DNA of 64,000 bases from Halodesulfurarchaeum sp. (GCA_034520565.1 JAXHNL010000002.1:768001-832000), one strand, 5' to 3'; shown: positions 44,141-55,104, counted from the stretch's first letter. Notes: generated by a model from the letters alone, not told the origin. Translations and numbers: made by a program.

Positions 44141-44800
44141 TCACCAGGCAGACCAGGCTCGCGAGGTCCCGGCCTCGTAGCCATAGACCCGCTTTATGTC
44201 CTTCGCGAGGACCGTATCCCCATCATCGCCGAGCTTTTCGAAGGGATATCGGTCGATGGCGGTCTCCCTGACGTGAACGTTCGTGACCTCGAACTCGTCC
44301 TCGCCAAGCGTGACGGTTTCGCCGACGGTGAACTCGAAGTCCCCCGGCAGGTAGGCCGTCAGGCTTCGGGTGTCGTCCGGGTCACCCTCGCGGGGGTGAA
44401 GGGTCACGTTTACGCTCACGTTGTCCACCGCGCGGGTCCAGAAGGTCTCGACTGCTTCTGCATCCGCCGTCGAAACGCGGGTTTCCTGGTCCGTCTCGAG
44501 GTCGGTGATCCTGACCTGCATGATCGCCGCCTCGGTCTCGACGATGAACTCCTCGCCGACCCGCACCCGCTCTTCCGGGGGAACCATGACGGTGGTCGAG
44601 AAGGATTCGCCGTCCTGAGAGACGACGACCGAGCGCTCGACCTCGCGATCGCGCTCCGGTGTCACCTTGTGGACGTGATCACAGTCCGTACAGCGGACCG
44701 TCAGTCGGCCGCCGCCGGTCGAAAGCACCTCGTGAACCGTCTCGGCGTCGGGGGAACACGAGGGACACGCGACCGGAATCCGGTCCGGGTGTTCGTTCAT
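44141..44800 (-). CDS. Archaeal zinc-finger protein (HVO_0476-like)
   Basis: CPSC...HEVL...VRCTDCDHVH, VVVSQDGES, C-terminal AWSAW. Confidence 0.8.
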   Translation of the reverse strand: MNEHPDRIPVACPSCSPDAETVHEVLSTGGGRLTVRCTDCDHVHKVTPERDREVERSVVVSQDGESFSTTVMVPPEERVRVGEEFIVETEAAIMQVRITDLETDQETRVSTADAEAVETFWTRAVDNVSVNVTLHPREGDPDDTRSLTAYLPGDFEFTVGETVTLGEDEFEVTNVHVRETAIDRYPFEKLGDDGDTVLAKDIKRVYGYEAGTSRAWSAW

Positions 44801-44822
44801 ACCTGAGCTAACGGGGGCGGGC

Positions 44823-45782
44823 CTAAGTATGCGCCGTGTCGGGGGCGGGCAGCTCGAGTTCCTCGCCGTCCACCAGCACCGTCGGGGACAGAATGATGCC
44901 GTCCTGATGGATCGGTGCGTCGATGTCGCCCCCGATTCCAGCGTCGTCGCCGATGGCCAGGTGGACGGTGCCTGCCGCTTTCTCGTCGAGGAGCACCGAG
45001 CCGATCAGGTCGGTCACGGCCACGTTCGTCCCGATGCCGAGTTCGGCGAGATTGAAGGCATCATCGCCGACTGCCTCGGCCGCGGCTTCGACGCTCTCTC
45101 TGATCGAGTCGTCCGCGATGTCGGTCACGAACCCGTCTTCGACTTCGAAGGCGAGGGTGTGCCCCTTCTCGAGCCGGCCGTAGGGTCGCATGGTCCCGTC
45201 GACGACGAAGCGCCCGTTTGCGGTTTTCGGGCTGACGAACACCTCGCCGGCCGGGAGGTTCGAGAACGTGCCCGGCTCGGATACCGCCCCGGTGTCGAGT
45301 CGCCACTCTCGATCGCCTGGCTCGATGGTGATATCGGTGCCCGCCGGGGCCGTGATCCTGATCTCTTCGGCCCCTTCGACGGCCTCGTAGACGTTTTTGC
45401 AGGTCTCGGCGATGCGGTCGTAATCCGCGTCCAGCCCCTGTTCGAAGACGTCCTTGGTGATGCCCGGGAGTGTCGCTCCGCGGACGCCGGCGTCGGTGGC
45501 GTCGCTCCGGGCTCTGGTATGACTGATGCTCTTCGTCGTCGGAGCGAGAAAGGCGTCGGTTTCGGCCAGCGCGCCGTCGACCGGTCCCGGCGGTTCTTCG
45601 CCGTGCTGGTCCCCGGGCGGGTAGGTGAGCAAGACGGCGTCGTCGGTGACCTCCCGTGCGACGTCGTAGAGCGCTTCGCCGATCTCGAGGCGGTCGTCGT
45701 CCGTGACGATCAGGCACCGTTCGTCCGGTTGTAACCCGAGACACTGGTGGATGGCCGTCTCGGCGCCGGGCCTCAGTCCCAT
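44823..45782 (-). CDS. Aminopeptidase (M29/thermophilic metalloprotease-like)
   Basis: HGEEPP, SISHT, NLPAGEVF, AELGIGTN, DEKAAGTVHLAIG. Confidence 0.88.
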   Translation of the reverse strand: MGLRPGAETAIHQCLGLQPDERCLIVTDDDRLEIGEALYDVAREVTDDAVLLTYPPGDQHGEEPPGPVDGALAETDAFLAPTTKSISHTRARSDATDAGVRGATLPGITKDVFEQGLDADYDRIAETCKNVYEAVEGAEEIRITAPAGTDITIEPGDREWRLDTGAVSEPGTFSNLPAGEVFVSPKTANGRFVVDGTMRPYGRLEKGHTLAFEVEDGFVTDIADDSIRESVEAAAEAVGDDAFNLAELGIGTNVAVTDLIGSVLLDEKAAGTVHLAIGDDAGIGGDIDAPIHQDGIILSPTVLVDGEELELPAPDTAHT

Positions 45783-45806
45783 GGTCGATTCTCGTCGACG
45801 GCCGGG

Positions 45807-45950
45807 TTAGCCCTTACGCTCCTCGAGGGTTCGTTCGTATTCGAGTAACTGGAGACACTGTCGGAGGTGGTACTGGGCCTCCGGATCCGAGATCTCGTCG
45901 AGGGCCGATTCGAGCCGGTCGACGACCGGCTGGTGTCTGCTCTGTGTCAT
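45807..45950 (-). CDS. Small acidic helical protein (47 aa, below ORF-track cutoff)
   Basis: MTQSRHQPVVDRLESALDEISDPEAQYHLRQCLQLLEYERTLEERKG*; fills the intergenic gap. Confidence 0.55.
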   Translation of the reverse strand: MTQSRHQPVVDRLESALDEISDPEAQYHLRQCLQLLEYERTLEERKG

Positions 45951-46053
45951 ACGTTCCTTCTATTGGTAGATACTGCCACCTATGGTAAAAACCTACGCCC
46001 GGCTTCCGTGACCACTCGAAACGGTTTTCCCCGTTGCGAGGGGACTCTCGGGC

Positions 46054-47064
46054 ATGATTCAGGTGGGAATTAACGGCTACGGGACGATCGGCAAGCGAGT
46101 CGCTGACGCCGTCGCCCGCCAGCCGGACATGTCCGTACTCGGGGTCGCGAAGACGAGACCGAACTACGAGGCTCGGGTGGCGGTACAGTCCGGCTACGAC
46201 CTGTATGCCGCGATTCCCGAACGGGCAGACCAGTTCGCGGACGCGGGCATCGATATCGCTGGACCCGTCGAGGAACTGATCGCGGAAAGCGACGTCGTCG
46301 TCGATGCGACCCCCTCGGGAATCGGCGCGGAGAACAAGTCCCTGTACGTCGAACACGACACGCCAGCGCTCTTTCAGGGGGGCGAGTCGGACGACCTCGT
46401 CGACGTGAGTTTCAACGCCCGGTCGAACTACGAGGCGGCCACCGAAGCGGCGTCCGTCCGGGTCGTCTCCTGTAACACGACCGGGCTCTCCCGGCTGGTG
46501 GCACCTCTCGAGGAGGCCTACGGGATCGAACGCGTCCGGGCCACGTTGGTCCGCCGCGGTGGCGACCCGGCCCAGAGCAACCGGGGGCCGATCAACGACA
46601 TTTTGCCCGACCCGAAGACCCTCCCGTCCCATCACGGCCCGGACGTGCAGACTATCTACCCCGATTTGGCCATCGACACCCTCGGTCTCAAGGTACCAGC
46701 GACGCTGATGCACATGCACTCGATCAACGTGACCCTCGAGTCCGAACCGGACGAGACAGCCGTTCGGGAACTGCTTGGGGCCGAAGACCGGCTCTGGCTG
46801 CTCTCCGAGGATCTGGATATCGATGGGGCTGGCGACATCAAGGAGTACGCGATGGACGTCGGCCGGCCACGCGGGGACGTCTGGGAGAACGCCGTCTGGG
46901 CGGAATCGATCACCGTCAACGGGCCGGAACTGTACCTCTTCCAGGCTATCCACCAGGAGTCCGATGTCGTTCCGGAGAACGTCGATGCGATTCGAGCAGT
47001 GTTGAACGCCGAGGACGCCGAGACGAGTATGGCACGGACGAATACGGCCCTCGGTATCGAGTGA
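46054..47064 (+). CDS. gap: Archaeal type II glyceraldehyde-3-phosphate dehydrogenase
   Basis: [43 protein letters not shown]. Confidence 0.95.
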   Translation: MIQVGINGYGTIGKRVADAVARQPDMSVLGVAKTRPNYEARVAVQSGYDLYAAIPERADQFADAGIDIAGPVEELIAESDVVVDATPSGIGAENKSLYVEHDTPALFQGGESDDLVDVSFNARSNYEAATEAASVRVVSCNTTGLSRLVAPLEEAYGIERVRATLVRRGGDPAQSNRGPINDILPDPKTLPSHHGPDVQTIYPDLAIDTLGLKVPATLMHMHSINVTLESEPDETAVRELLGAEDRLWLLSEDLDIDGAGDIKEYAMDVGRPRGDVWENAVWAESITVNGPELYLFQAIHQESDVVPENVDAIRAVLNAEDAETSMARTNTALGIE

Positions 47065-47156
47065 GCGCGCTTTCTTGATCGGCCGGATTCGACCGCGGGT
47101 ACCCGGTCGGTGTCGCAGTCCGAATCCTTATGCGCGGTCGTGGCCAACTTTTCCCC

Positions 47157-47549
47157 ATGAATCCAGGCGATCGCGATGACCCCTTCGATGATATCTTTCG
47201 GGAGATCGAGCGGATGATGAACGAGATGGTCGGCATGCCCGGGCCGCAAGCTGGCGGCGCCCGGACGGACTTGCAACCCGCGAGCCCGACCCACGTGGAC
47301 GTCTACGAGGACGACGGGGAGGTCCGGGTCGTCGCCGACTTGCCGGGTGTAGAGCGCTCGGACATCGGTGTGCAGTGTGACGGGGAGTACGTGACGATCT
47401 CGGCGGAAAGCGAGACCCGATCCTACGAGGAGCGCGTGGCCCTGCCAGCCCACGTGGATCCGGACTCCGGAAGTGGCACGTACAACAACGGCGTCCTCGA
47501 GATCACCTTCGACCGTTCGCGGTCGAAGACCGACATCGACATCGAGTAG
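47157..47549 (+). CDS. Hsp20/alpha-crystallin small heat-shock protein
   Basis: VVADLPGV, TYNNGVLEI. Confidence 0.92.
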   Translation: MNPGDRDDPFDDIFREIERMMNEMVGMPGPQAGGARTDLQPASPTHVDVYEDDGEVRVVADLPGVERSDIGVQCDGEYVTISAESETRSYEERVALPAHVDPDSGSGTYNNGVLEITFDRSRSKTDIDIE

Positions 47550-47926
47550 CTACCGGTTCGCAGTCTCCCGAATCGTTTTCGCGAGTACGTCGTAGAAGTC
47601 CGGATCGTATTTGTACCGCTCGTCGATCGTGGGTCTGGCGTTCGTCTCGAGCACGACTGTCCGGTCCCCGTGCTGGAGGACGTCGACGCCGAGAATCGGC
47701 ACGTCGAGCACTTCGGCCGCCCGTTCGGCCAGGTTCCGAACCGTCTCCCCGGGGATCCGGTGTGGGAAGAACAGGCCGACGTCGACGGCCGGGTGGGTCG
47801 ATTCGGCGGCGAGGTGGGTCGTCTTGCCGGTTAGCGAGACCTGTTCGACCGCGATGTCCCGCTCGGCCAGCGGGTCCCGGACGCGCTGCGGTCTCGGCCC
47901 GGTTGGGCAAGGCCCAGGGTGAGCAT
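47550..47926 (-). pseudogene. RimK-family ATP-grasp ligase pseudogene (internal deletion plus frameshift)
   Basis: N-terminal RDPLAERDIAV...DVGLFFP joined directly to C-terminal LAERAAEVLDVPILGVD...ETNARPTID; 377 nt, start out of frame. Confidence 0.7.
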
Positions 47927-48011
47927 ACTTGACACTCGGCCGGAGCGAGTAAAATCGCGTTGGAACCCTCGGATCTGGAATCGAGCGGTCGCCGACCCTT
48001 CGAAACTGGCG

Positions 48012-48542
48012 TTAGGAAATCAGCAGCTCCTTCCCGCGCTCGACGTCGATCTTGCACGGCGGGGTGATCTTGTTGTACGCGCGGCGGAAGGCTTCCTTGA
48101 CGACCGGGGCCTGGTCGACCGTACACCAGGCGGTGAGGAGCTGGTCGCCAGCGTGGACGCGAGCGGCCGTCCCGACCGGGACGCCGAAGGACTGGCGCAT
48201 GCCGTCGGAAACGCGGTCCGCACCGGCACCGGTTGCCTGTTTGTTCTCGCGGAGGACCTGGTGCGGGAACTTTCGAAGGACCATCTTGTAGTTGCCCTCG
48301 CCGAGTTCCTTGATGAGGTGGCGGTTCGCCGAGAGGCGTGCCGACTCGAGGGATCCGTGCCTGAGCTGGCTGGTTTCTTCGGGAACGAGGGAGATCTGGA
48401 CGGGGTAGTCTTCGGGATCGGCGTCCAGGTCGCCCATGTTGTGCTGTGCGATCTTCGAACCCGGAATACCGGTGATGTAATCGCGGCGCGTGTACGCCGG
48501 CTTGTCGATCTTCCGGTACATGGAGGCCGGCTTATCGGACAT
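48012..48542 (-). CDS. rpl10e: 50S ribosomal protein L10e (uL16)
   Basis: [38 protein letters not shown]. Confidence 0.97.
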   Translation of the reverse strand: MSDKPASMYRKIDKPAYTRRDYITGIPGSKIAQHNMGDLDADPEDYPVQISLVPEETSQLRHGSLESARLSANRHLIKELGEGNYKMVLRKFPHQVLRENKQATGAGADRVSDGMRQSFGVPVGTAARVHAGDQLLTAWCTVDQAPVVKEAFRRAYNKITPPCKIDVERGKELLIS

Positions 48543-48660
48543 GGTTATTACAGGAAAGCAGACAGAGTACGCGTATAAGGCCTTCGAAGCCCACTTCGCC
48601 GGGCGGCTCAATGCCGCCGACGTGGTGGGTATTATTACCCTCGACGCCCTTCATATCAGT

Positions 48661-49899
48661 ATGATACACGCGCGACGCGTCTCCGCGATCGCTCTCACAC
48701 TCGTCGTTCTCCTTGCGCTGGTGCCGGCTCCCGCGGCGGCCGCCGACGTGACACTCACCGTGACGGTCCAGACCGAGGACGGAACCCAGGTATCGGGTGC
48801 GGAACTTACGGCGACGTGGTCGAACGGCTCGGTGATTGATACGACCGCGGCAAACGGGAAGGCGTTTCTCGACGTGCCCGAGGGCGAGACCGTCGAGTTA
48901 ACCGTAGCCGACGACGAGTACATGCGAAACGGGCCGATCGTGATCGAGGACGCCAGCGAAACTGACGTGACCATGACGGTCCGCCCGATCGCCGAGGCGA
49001 CCATCTCGGTGGCGAATGGGGGCGGGCCGATCGACGACGCCCTCGTCACGCTTTCCCAGGACGGCACGACCGTCGTCTCCGAACGGACCACCGACGGCAC
49101 GGTCCAGACCGGCGAGATCGAGGCCGGCTCCTACCAGTTAGCCGTCGAGAAATCGGGCTTCTACGCGGTCGAGGAGACCCTCGAGGTCCCAGCCGACGAA
49201 TCGATCACCCACGACGTCACCCTCGAAGAGGGGACGGTGACGATGCAGGTCGAGGTGACGGATCCGTACTTCGATCCGCCCCGGGCACTGCAGGGCGTGA
49301 CCGTGACCGTCGACGGCCACGGGTCGGTCAACACGCAGTCGAACGGCCAGCAGCAACTCTCCGTGCCGGTCAACACCGACCTGACGGTCCGCTTCGAGGC
49401 TCCAGCCTACGAGACGGTCGAAAAGTCGGTCAAGACGGCCGAGGAGTCGGTTTCGCTCGACGTGGAACTCGACCGGAGGAATCGGCTCGTCGTGACTGCT
49501 CACACGACCACCGTCGTCGTCGGGCAACCCGCCTTCATCTCGGTAATGGACGAGTACGACGACCCCGTCGAAAACGCGACAGTTCTCCACAACGGCGAGG
49601 CGGTGACCGAAACCGACAGCGAGGGCTGGGCCCGGATCCCGATCGAGACTGCCGGCACACATGAGATTCAGGTCGACGACGGGGAGATCACCTCGAACGT
49701 GACCGAAGTCGCGGCGATCACAGCGGAGACCGCCGAACCGCCGGAGACCGACACAGAAACGGACGGAACGACCGGTGACGGGGAGACGACCACGGCTGAC
49801 TCGACTGGCGCACCGATTCCCGGCTTCGGCCCGATCGTCGGTCTGCTGGGTGTCGTCCTCGGGATCGGTATCGGGCTTGTCGGGCGTCGGGCAGCGTGA
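48661..49899 (+). CDS. PGF-CTERM surface protein with carboxypeptidase-regulatory-like domains
   Basis: Sec signal, Thr-rich linker, IPGFG + TM + RR terminus (ArtA substrate). Confidence 0.88.
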   Translation: MIHARRVSAIALTLVVLLALVPAPAAAADVTLTVTVQTEDGTQVSGAELTATWSNGSVIDTTAANGKAFLDVPEGETVELTVADDEYMRNGPIVIEDASETDVTMTVRPIAEATISVANGGGPIDDALVTLSQDGTTVVSERTTDGTVQTGEIEAGSYQLAVEKSGFYAVEETLEVPADESITHDVTLEEGTVTMQVEVTDPYFDPPRALQGVTVTVDGHGSVNTQSNGQQQLSVPVNTDLTVRFEAPAYETVEKSVKTAEESVSLDVELDRRNRLVVTAHTTTVVVGQPAFISVMDEYDDPVENATVLHNGEAVTETDSEGWARIPIETAGTHEIQVDDGEITSNVTEVAAITAETAEPPETDTETDGTTGDGETTTADSTGAPIPGFGPIVGLLGVVLGIGIGLVGRRAA

Positions 49900-49955
49900 T
49901 CGGTTCCGCTCGCGTTTTGTAACGATTGATAGGCCCCCGCCGTGAAGGAAGGGCC

Positions 49956-50666
49956 ATGTCTTCGACGCTTTCCCGGGATGCGACCGGTTGCCGGGGGATG
50001 GACGAGTTACTCTCCGGCGGTCTCCCGGCGTCCCGGTTGCACGTCGTCAGCGGGCCGCCCGGGAGCGGCAAGACCACCTTTGCCGCCAAGTTCATTACCG
50101 AAGGGGCCCGTCGCGGCGAGGAGTGTGTGTACGTGACGATGCACGAGACGAAGGCCGAACTCGTCGCGGACATGTCCGGCTTTGACTTCGGGTTCGAGAA
50201 GGCGATTCGTGCCTCGAATACGACCTTTCTCGATCTCACCGACGAGTCCGCCCGGCAATCGCTGACGAAATACGGCTCAGCGGGTGGACTGCGGAACCGC
50301 TTGCCAGCCATGCTCGACGGGCTCGACGCGGATCGGGCGGTCATCGACTCGACGATGCTGCTGGATCACTTCGTCGACAATCCGGCCGAGCAACTCACCG
50401 AGTTTATCACCCGATTGAAGGCGACGGACACGACGATCATCCTCGTCTCGGAGATGACCGACCCGACGGCCTACTCCGAGGAGCATTACCTCGCTCACGG
50501 GGTCGTGTTCTTCCACAACTTCCTCGACGGTGGGGACATGACCCGGGCCGTTCAGCTCATCAAGATGCGGGGAACACCAATCGACAGCGACATGCGACCA
50601 CTCGAGTTCACCGACCGAGGGGTCCAGGTGCATTCTGACCGGACACTCGAGGACACGTACGGGTAG
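49956..50666 (+). CDS. KaiC/RAD55-family ATPase (single domain)
   Basis: GPPGSGKT, VIDS, EHYLAHGV, KMRGT. Confidence 0.9.
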   Translation: MSSTLSRDATGCRGMDELLSGGLPASRLHVVSGPPGSGKTTFAAKFITEGARRGEECVYVTMHETKAELVADMSGFDFGFEKAIRASNTTFLDLTDESARQSLTKYGSAGGLRNRLPAMLDGLDADRAVIDSTMLLDHFVDNPAEQLTEFITRLKATDTTIILVSEMTDPTAYSEEHYLAHGVVFFHNFLDGGDMTRAVQLIKMRGTPIDSDMRPLEFTDRGVQVHSDRTLEDTYG

Positions 50667-51104
50667 ATGTACGAGGATCACTTCGGGACCGACTGGGACT
50701 CGCTCACCCAGGAGGCGGCCATGTTCCGGGCCTTTGCGCTCGGTGTCGACGCCGCCCTGGGTGAGCCAGACGAAGCCGAGTTCGAGGTCCTCCAGCGCGA
50801 ACACCACCGCGGCCTGATCCAGATCGCCTATGACGAGGGGAAAACCCGGGCCGAAGCGAATCTGCGGAAACGTGGCGGTTCACGCTCGATTAGTCGGGGT
50901 ACCGAGTTCGAACAGGGCGATCGGGAGTGGGCGGTCTGGGAGGAACTCGTTCTCGAACAGGAGACCGACGAGGACGCCTTCGAGGCGGTGGCAGTCTCGC
51001 GATCACAGTTAGATCTCCCCGACGCGCTCTACCACCCGAGCTTGCTCGACCGGCCCTCGGATACGGACGATCGAATCAGGCTCCCACGTTTTCTGCTTCG
51101 CTAA
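50667..51104 (+). CDS. Hypothetical protein coupled to the KaiC-like gene
   Basis: ATG abuts the KaiC stop; acidic 145 aa, RAFALGV and AYDEGK. Confidence 0.65.
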   Translation: MYEDHFGTDWDSLTQEAAMFRAFALGVDAALGEPDEAEFEVLQREHHRGLIQIAYDEGKTRAEANLRKRGGSRSISRGTEFEQGDREWAVWEELVLEQETDEDAFEAVAVSRSQLDLPDALYHPSLLDRPSDTDDRIRLPRFLLR

Positions 51105-51141
51105 TCGATCGGCGAAACCGAAACGAACGCGTCCGCGTGGC

Positions 51142-52491
51142 TTACAGCGAGCCCAGATACTCGGCGAACGGTCCGGTGAGGAAGTCGAGGTATCCCGTCA
51201 CGCCCAGGTACAGCGAGATCAGCAGGACGATGACGACCGGCACCCGAACCATCCAGATCCAGAGGCTGCCGATCGCGCCGAGCGGCCCGATACCCTTCTC
51301 GAGTTCGGCCAGGGCCTTGTCTGCGTTGAGCCAGGTGATGGCGATCATGAGGAGGATCCCACCGAGGACGAGCAGGATCTGGGCCGCGAAGATATCGTAG
51401 AGGTCGACGAAGATCAGGTTGGTCGTGACTGGAACGCCCAGCAGGAAGATGGCCACGCCAATGATCCCGGTCGCCTTCATTCGATCCATGCCGTACTCGT
51501 CGATGGCATAGGAAACGACGACCTCGATCAGACTGATCGCCGAGGAGAGCGCGGCGATCGCAACCGTCAGGAAGAACAGGAACCCGACGATCCGGCCGAA
51601 CGGGAGGGACGTGAGCGCCTCGGCGACGCTGATGAAGATCGCCCCCGCGCCGGAGGTCTCGGGGTCGAGTCCGGCCGAGAACAGGATCGGGAAGACGATC
51701 AGGCCGGTGATGACCGAGACTGCGGTGTTGAGGACGACGATGCTGACGCCGTCCTGCGCGAGGTTCTCGTCCGAACCGAGGTATGAAGCGTAGGTAATCA
51801 TCACGCCCATTCCGAGGGAGAGCGTGAAAAAGCCCTGACCGGCGGCGGCCGGGACCAGGCTCTGCCAGTTCTCCAAAATGTATCCCATGTCCGGGGAAAG
51901 GTAGTACGCGTAGGCCTCCCCGGCGCCGGGGAGGCTGAAGGCGTACACCGCGAGCACGCCGAAGATGATGAAGATCGCGGGCACCATGATCTTCACGCCC
52001 AGTTCGATTCCCTGCTGGACACCCACGGCCACGATGGCGATGACGATCGCCATGAAGATGGCGTGGAAAAGCAGGGTGTCAGTGCCGGTGGCAATCGACA
52101 TGAAGTAGGCCGCGGCCCCTTCTCCGCCAGTGTAGCCGCCCGTGAGACTTCCGACCACGTAGCGAAGCACCCAGCCGCCGACCACACTATAGTACGACAG
52201 GATGACGAAGCCGATGAGGACGAACAGGCCGCCCAGATAGGCCCACGCCCCGCCGGCGTACTCGCGTATCGCTCCAACGGCGTTCAATTCGGTCTTGCGC
52301 CCGACGACGAACTCCGCGAGCATCGCCGGGAACCCGATCAGGACGACGAAGGCGAGGTACATGACCATGAACGCCGCCCCGCCCTCCTGGCCGACCTGGA
52401 ACGGGAACCGCCAGATGTTACCTAACCCCACTGCACTCCCCACGGCTGCGAGGATGAATCCGATTCGTGTCCCCCATGTTTCTCGTGCCAT
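51142..52491 (-). CDS. Sodium-dependent transporter (NSS/SNF family)
   Basis: AAVGSAVGLGNIWRFP, GQGFFTLSLGMG, ALSSAISL. Confidence 0.95.
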   Translation of the reverse strand: MARETWGTRIGFILAAVGSAVGLGNIWRFPFQVGQEGGAAFMVMYLAFVVLIGFPAMLAEFVVGRKTELNAVGAIREYAGGAWAYLGGLFVLIGFVILSYYSVVGGWVLRYVVGSLTGGYTGGEGAAAYFMSIATGTDTLLFHAIFMAIVIAIVAVGVQQGIELGVKIMVPAIFIIFGVLAVYAFSLPGAGEAYAYYLSPDMGYILENWQSLVPAAAGQGFFTLSLGMGVMITYASYLGSDENLAQDGVSIVVLNTAVSVITGLIVFPILFSAGLDPETSGAGAIFISVAEALTSLPFGRIVGFLFFLTVAIAALSSAISLIEVVVSYAIDEYGMDRMKATGIIGVAIFLLGVPVTTNLIFVDLYDIFAAQILLVLGGILLMIAITWLNADKALAELEKGIGPLGAIGSLWIWMVRVPVVIVLLISLYLGVTGYLDFLTGPFAEYLGSL

Positions 52492-52646
52492 GTATTCGAC
52501 CTTCACGAGGAAGGGGACTTAAAGCAACTGGTATTGGCAGTATTTTGCGAACCGCCGTTCGAGCCCGCTTGCTCTCGGATTTCGGCGTCTGTAAGCCGTG
52601 AGACCGGATAAAACACCCCCGAAAAATCTATCGACGGCGGTCGCGA

Positions 52647-53699
52647 TCAGTTCTCGACACCGCTCGCCGGTTCGTGGCCGAGGCGGTATCCTGACGACAT
52701 TTGCTCGATTTCTTCGATTTGGTAGAGCTGGAGCGCTCGCTCCCGTTTGGTCATCACCGGGAGGTCGGCGCCCTCGGCGCGGTAGTCGAACTCGCGTCCT
52801 TCTTTGTGTGCGGCCGCGACGAACTCCCGGTGGTCCCTCAGTCGGCCCTGGACGACAGTCCGGCTGAAGTCGGGAAGATCCGGCAGGTGGCGGTCGAATT
52901 CGTCGACGAAATCTCCCTCCAGTTCGTAGCCGACCGAGTTTCGTGCGGCGACCATGGCGGCCCGCGTCGTGGTGCCAGTTCCCCAGAACGGGTCGAGCAC
53001 CGTGTCCCCGTAGACGCTGTACATGTTGATCAGGCGGTAGGGGACCTCGAAGGGGTAGGCGCCCGACCGGTCGCGAAGGTCGTCGTTCTCGAGGGACTGT
53101 CCTTCGCCCCGCAGATCCGTCCAGACGTCGGAGAACCACCGGTTCCGTTCCTCCCAGAAGTACGCCGCCTCGTATCGGTCCGGATCCTTCGGTTCGAAGT
53201 CCCGGCTCTTCGAACCGTTCCGGAAGACGAGGATGTACTCGTGTTCGAGCGTGACGTAGGCGTTCGGCGGAATCGTTCCCGACCCCAGGAACTTCGTGCC
53301 CGAGTTGTTGGGCTTTCGCCACAGGATTTCCGGAAGCGGCTCGAACCCGAGTGCCTCGAAGGCCTCGATCACGCGGGCGTGGTTCTGATAGACCCGGAAA
53401 CTGCCGTCGACCGATCGCGTGGCGTCCCCGACGTTGATGCAGGCGATTCCGCCGTCGACGAGGACCCGTTCGAGTTCCGCCCAAACCGGCTCGAGGGCCT
53501 CGTGCATCAACTCGAACGCGCCGGCCCCATCCTCGGCTTGGAGTCGGTCACCGACAGCGGGATCGAGTGACGTAAAGAGGTCGTCCCACATCTCGATCAT
53601 CGGGTACGGTGGCGAAGTGACAACGAGTTCGACCGAGTCGTCCTCGATCGCCTCGAGGGTTCTCGCGTCCTCGACGTACACGCGATGTCGTGTCTCCAT
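52647..53699 (-). CDS. Orphan beta-class N4/N6 DNA methyltransferase, probably the haloarchaeal CTAG m4C (Zim-like) enzyme
   Basis: VTSPPYPMIEMWD motif IV precedes VLDPFWGTGTT motif I; no cognate REase adjacent. Specificity is inferred from recalled family resemblance. Confidence 0.8.
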   Translation of the reverse strand: METRHRVYVEDARTLEAIEDDSVELVVTSPPYPMIEMWDDLFTSLDPAVGDRLQAEDGAGAFELMHEALEPVWAELERVLVDGGIACINVGDATRSVDGSFRVYQNHARVIEAFEALGFEPLPEILWRKPNNSGTKFLGSGTIPPNAYVTLEHEYILVFRNGSKSRDFEPKDPDRYEAAYFWEERNRWFSDVWTDLRGEGQSLENDDLRDRSGAYPFEVPYRLINMYSVYGDTVLDPFWGTGTTTRAAMVAARNSVGYELEGDFVDEFDRHLPDLPDFSRTVVQGRLRDHREFVAAAHKEGREFDYRAEGADLPVMTKRERALQLYQIEEIEQMSSGYRLGHEPASGVEN

Positions 53700-53813
53700 T
53701 TCTCCAAGTTACGACGGCGGGGGTAATGGAATTGGTGTCTGCGCGTCGGAGGTGCGGGCCAGTGGGTCGAGGAGATTTATTGCACTCCTCGACCCACGTT
53801 GTCATGCATCACA

Positions 53814-54266
53814 ATGGTACTCGAACTAACCAGTCAGGCCTTCGAGAACGGCGACCGGATCCCCGAGCAATACGGCTACACGGCGGAAAACATGAACCCA
53901 CCGCTCTCGATTGCGGGCCACCCAGCCGGGACCGAGTCGCTGGCCCTCGTCGTCGACGACCCGGATGCCATGGAGCCGGCGGGGAAAATCTGGGATCACT
54001 GGGTCCTCTGGAACATCGAGCCAGACCGGGAGCAAATTCCGGCGGACTGGGACGTCGCCAGTGCGACCGAGGGGCGAAACGACTACGGCGAGCCGGGCTA
54101 TGGCGGACCGAACCCGCCGGACCGCGAGCACACGTACCGCTTCCGGGTTTTCGCCCTCGATACCACCCTCGACCTCGCCCCAGGCGCGACGAAGGCGGAT
54201 CTCGAATCCGCGATGGAGGGCCACGTCATCGAAGAGGCACTTCTCGAAGGGACATATGCACCGTAA
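53814..54266 (+). CDS. YbhB/YbcL (PEBP) family protein
   Basis: DDPDA, WDHWVLWNI, YGGPNPP, HTYRFRVFALD. Confidence 0.93.
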   Translation: MVLELTSQAFENGDRIPEQYGYTAENMNPPLSIAGHPAGTESLALVVDDPDAMEPAGKIWDHWVLWNIEPDREQIPADWDVASATEGRNDYGEPGYGGPNPPDREHTYRFRVFALDTTLDLAPGATKADLESAMEGHVIEEALLEGTYAP

Positions 54267-54283
54267 CCGGTACCGCCGGTGGT

Positions 54284-54973
54284 CTACAGGAGTCGGCGGA
54301 CCTGCTCGCTTGCTTCTCCCGGGACGCGTTCGCGGAGCGTCGCTGGATCGGTCTCGCCGTCGGCGTTGACGAGATACGTGCGGCCCGGAACCGACCCGTA
54401 GACACGCTGGAAGTCGTACACGAATCCGAACACCGAGACAGACGCGGGGACATCCCCGCTTTCGAGCAGGAACTCGACCTGCCGGTCGACGTTGTACTCC
54501 ACGAGCTGGTCGACGAGGCTCACGTCCCGGTCCGGGTCGATCCGCGCGTCATCGAGGCCCGCTTCAATGATCGGAACGAGTTCATTGACCCACTTTTCGA
54601 TTCCCGCCGGGACTCCGTTGCCGTCTCCATTGACGGCCTCCAGTGCGGCCGTGATTGCCCCACAGCCGGTGTGGCCGACGACGACGGCCACCTCGGTACC
54701 GGTCTCTACCAGTGGATACAGGACACTTCCGTCGACGACCAGTTCGCCGTCGTGCCGATCCCAGACCTGATTGCCGATCGTACTCGGCGTGAAGAGCCAG
54801 CCCGGCTCCGCGACGTGGAACATTCCCTCCTGGGAGACTCGCGAGTCGGCACAGGACATCGAGACCGCTGCCGGCTGCTGGCCCGCTTGCACGGCATCGA
54901 ACGCGTCGTCGTCGAGGGAGTCGGTGTAGCGACGATTGCGTTCGAGGAGTGTTGCAAGTGTGGTCTCAGGCAT
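54284..54973 (-). CDS. Beta-class carbonic anhydrase
   Basis: SCADSR and GHTGCGA zinc ligands. Confidence 0.92.
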   Translation of the reverse strand: MPETTLATLLERNRRYTDSLDDDAFDAVQAGQQPAAVSMSCADSRVSQEGMFHVAEPGWLFTPSTIGNQVWDRHDGELVVDGSVLYPLVETGTEVAVVVGHTGCGAITAALEAVNGDGNGVPAGIEKWVNELVPIIEAGLDDARIDPDRDVSLVDQLVEYNVDRQVEFLLESGDVPASVSVFGFVYDFQRVYGSVPGRTYLVNADGETDPATLRERVPGEASEQVRRLL

Positions 54974-55104
54974 GCACACGTCTCGGCGGTGGAGCGACTT
55001 GTAGCTCCGGGCTATGGAACCGGTTCCGTTTGCTGGACTGGTCCGAACGCCGGATGAACTGGTTCGGCGTCCGGCTTATCCCGCTCTCGACCCAACCCGG
55101 GATC

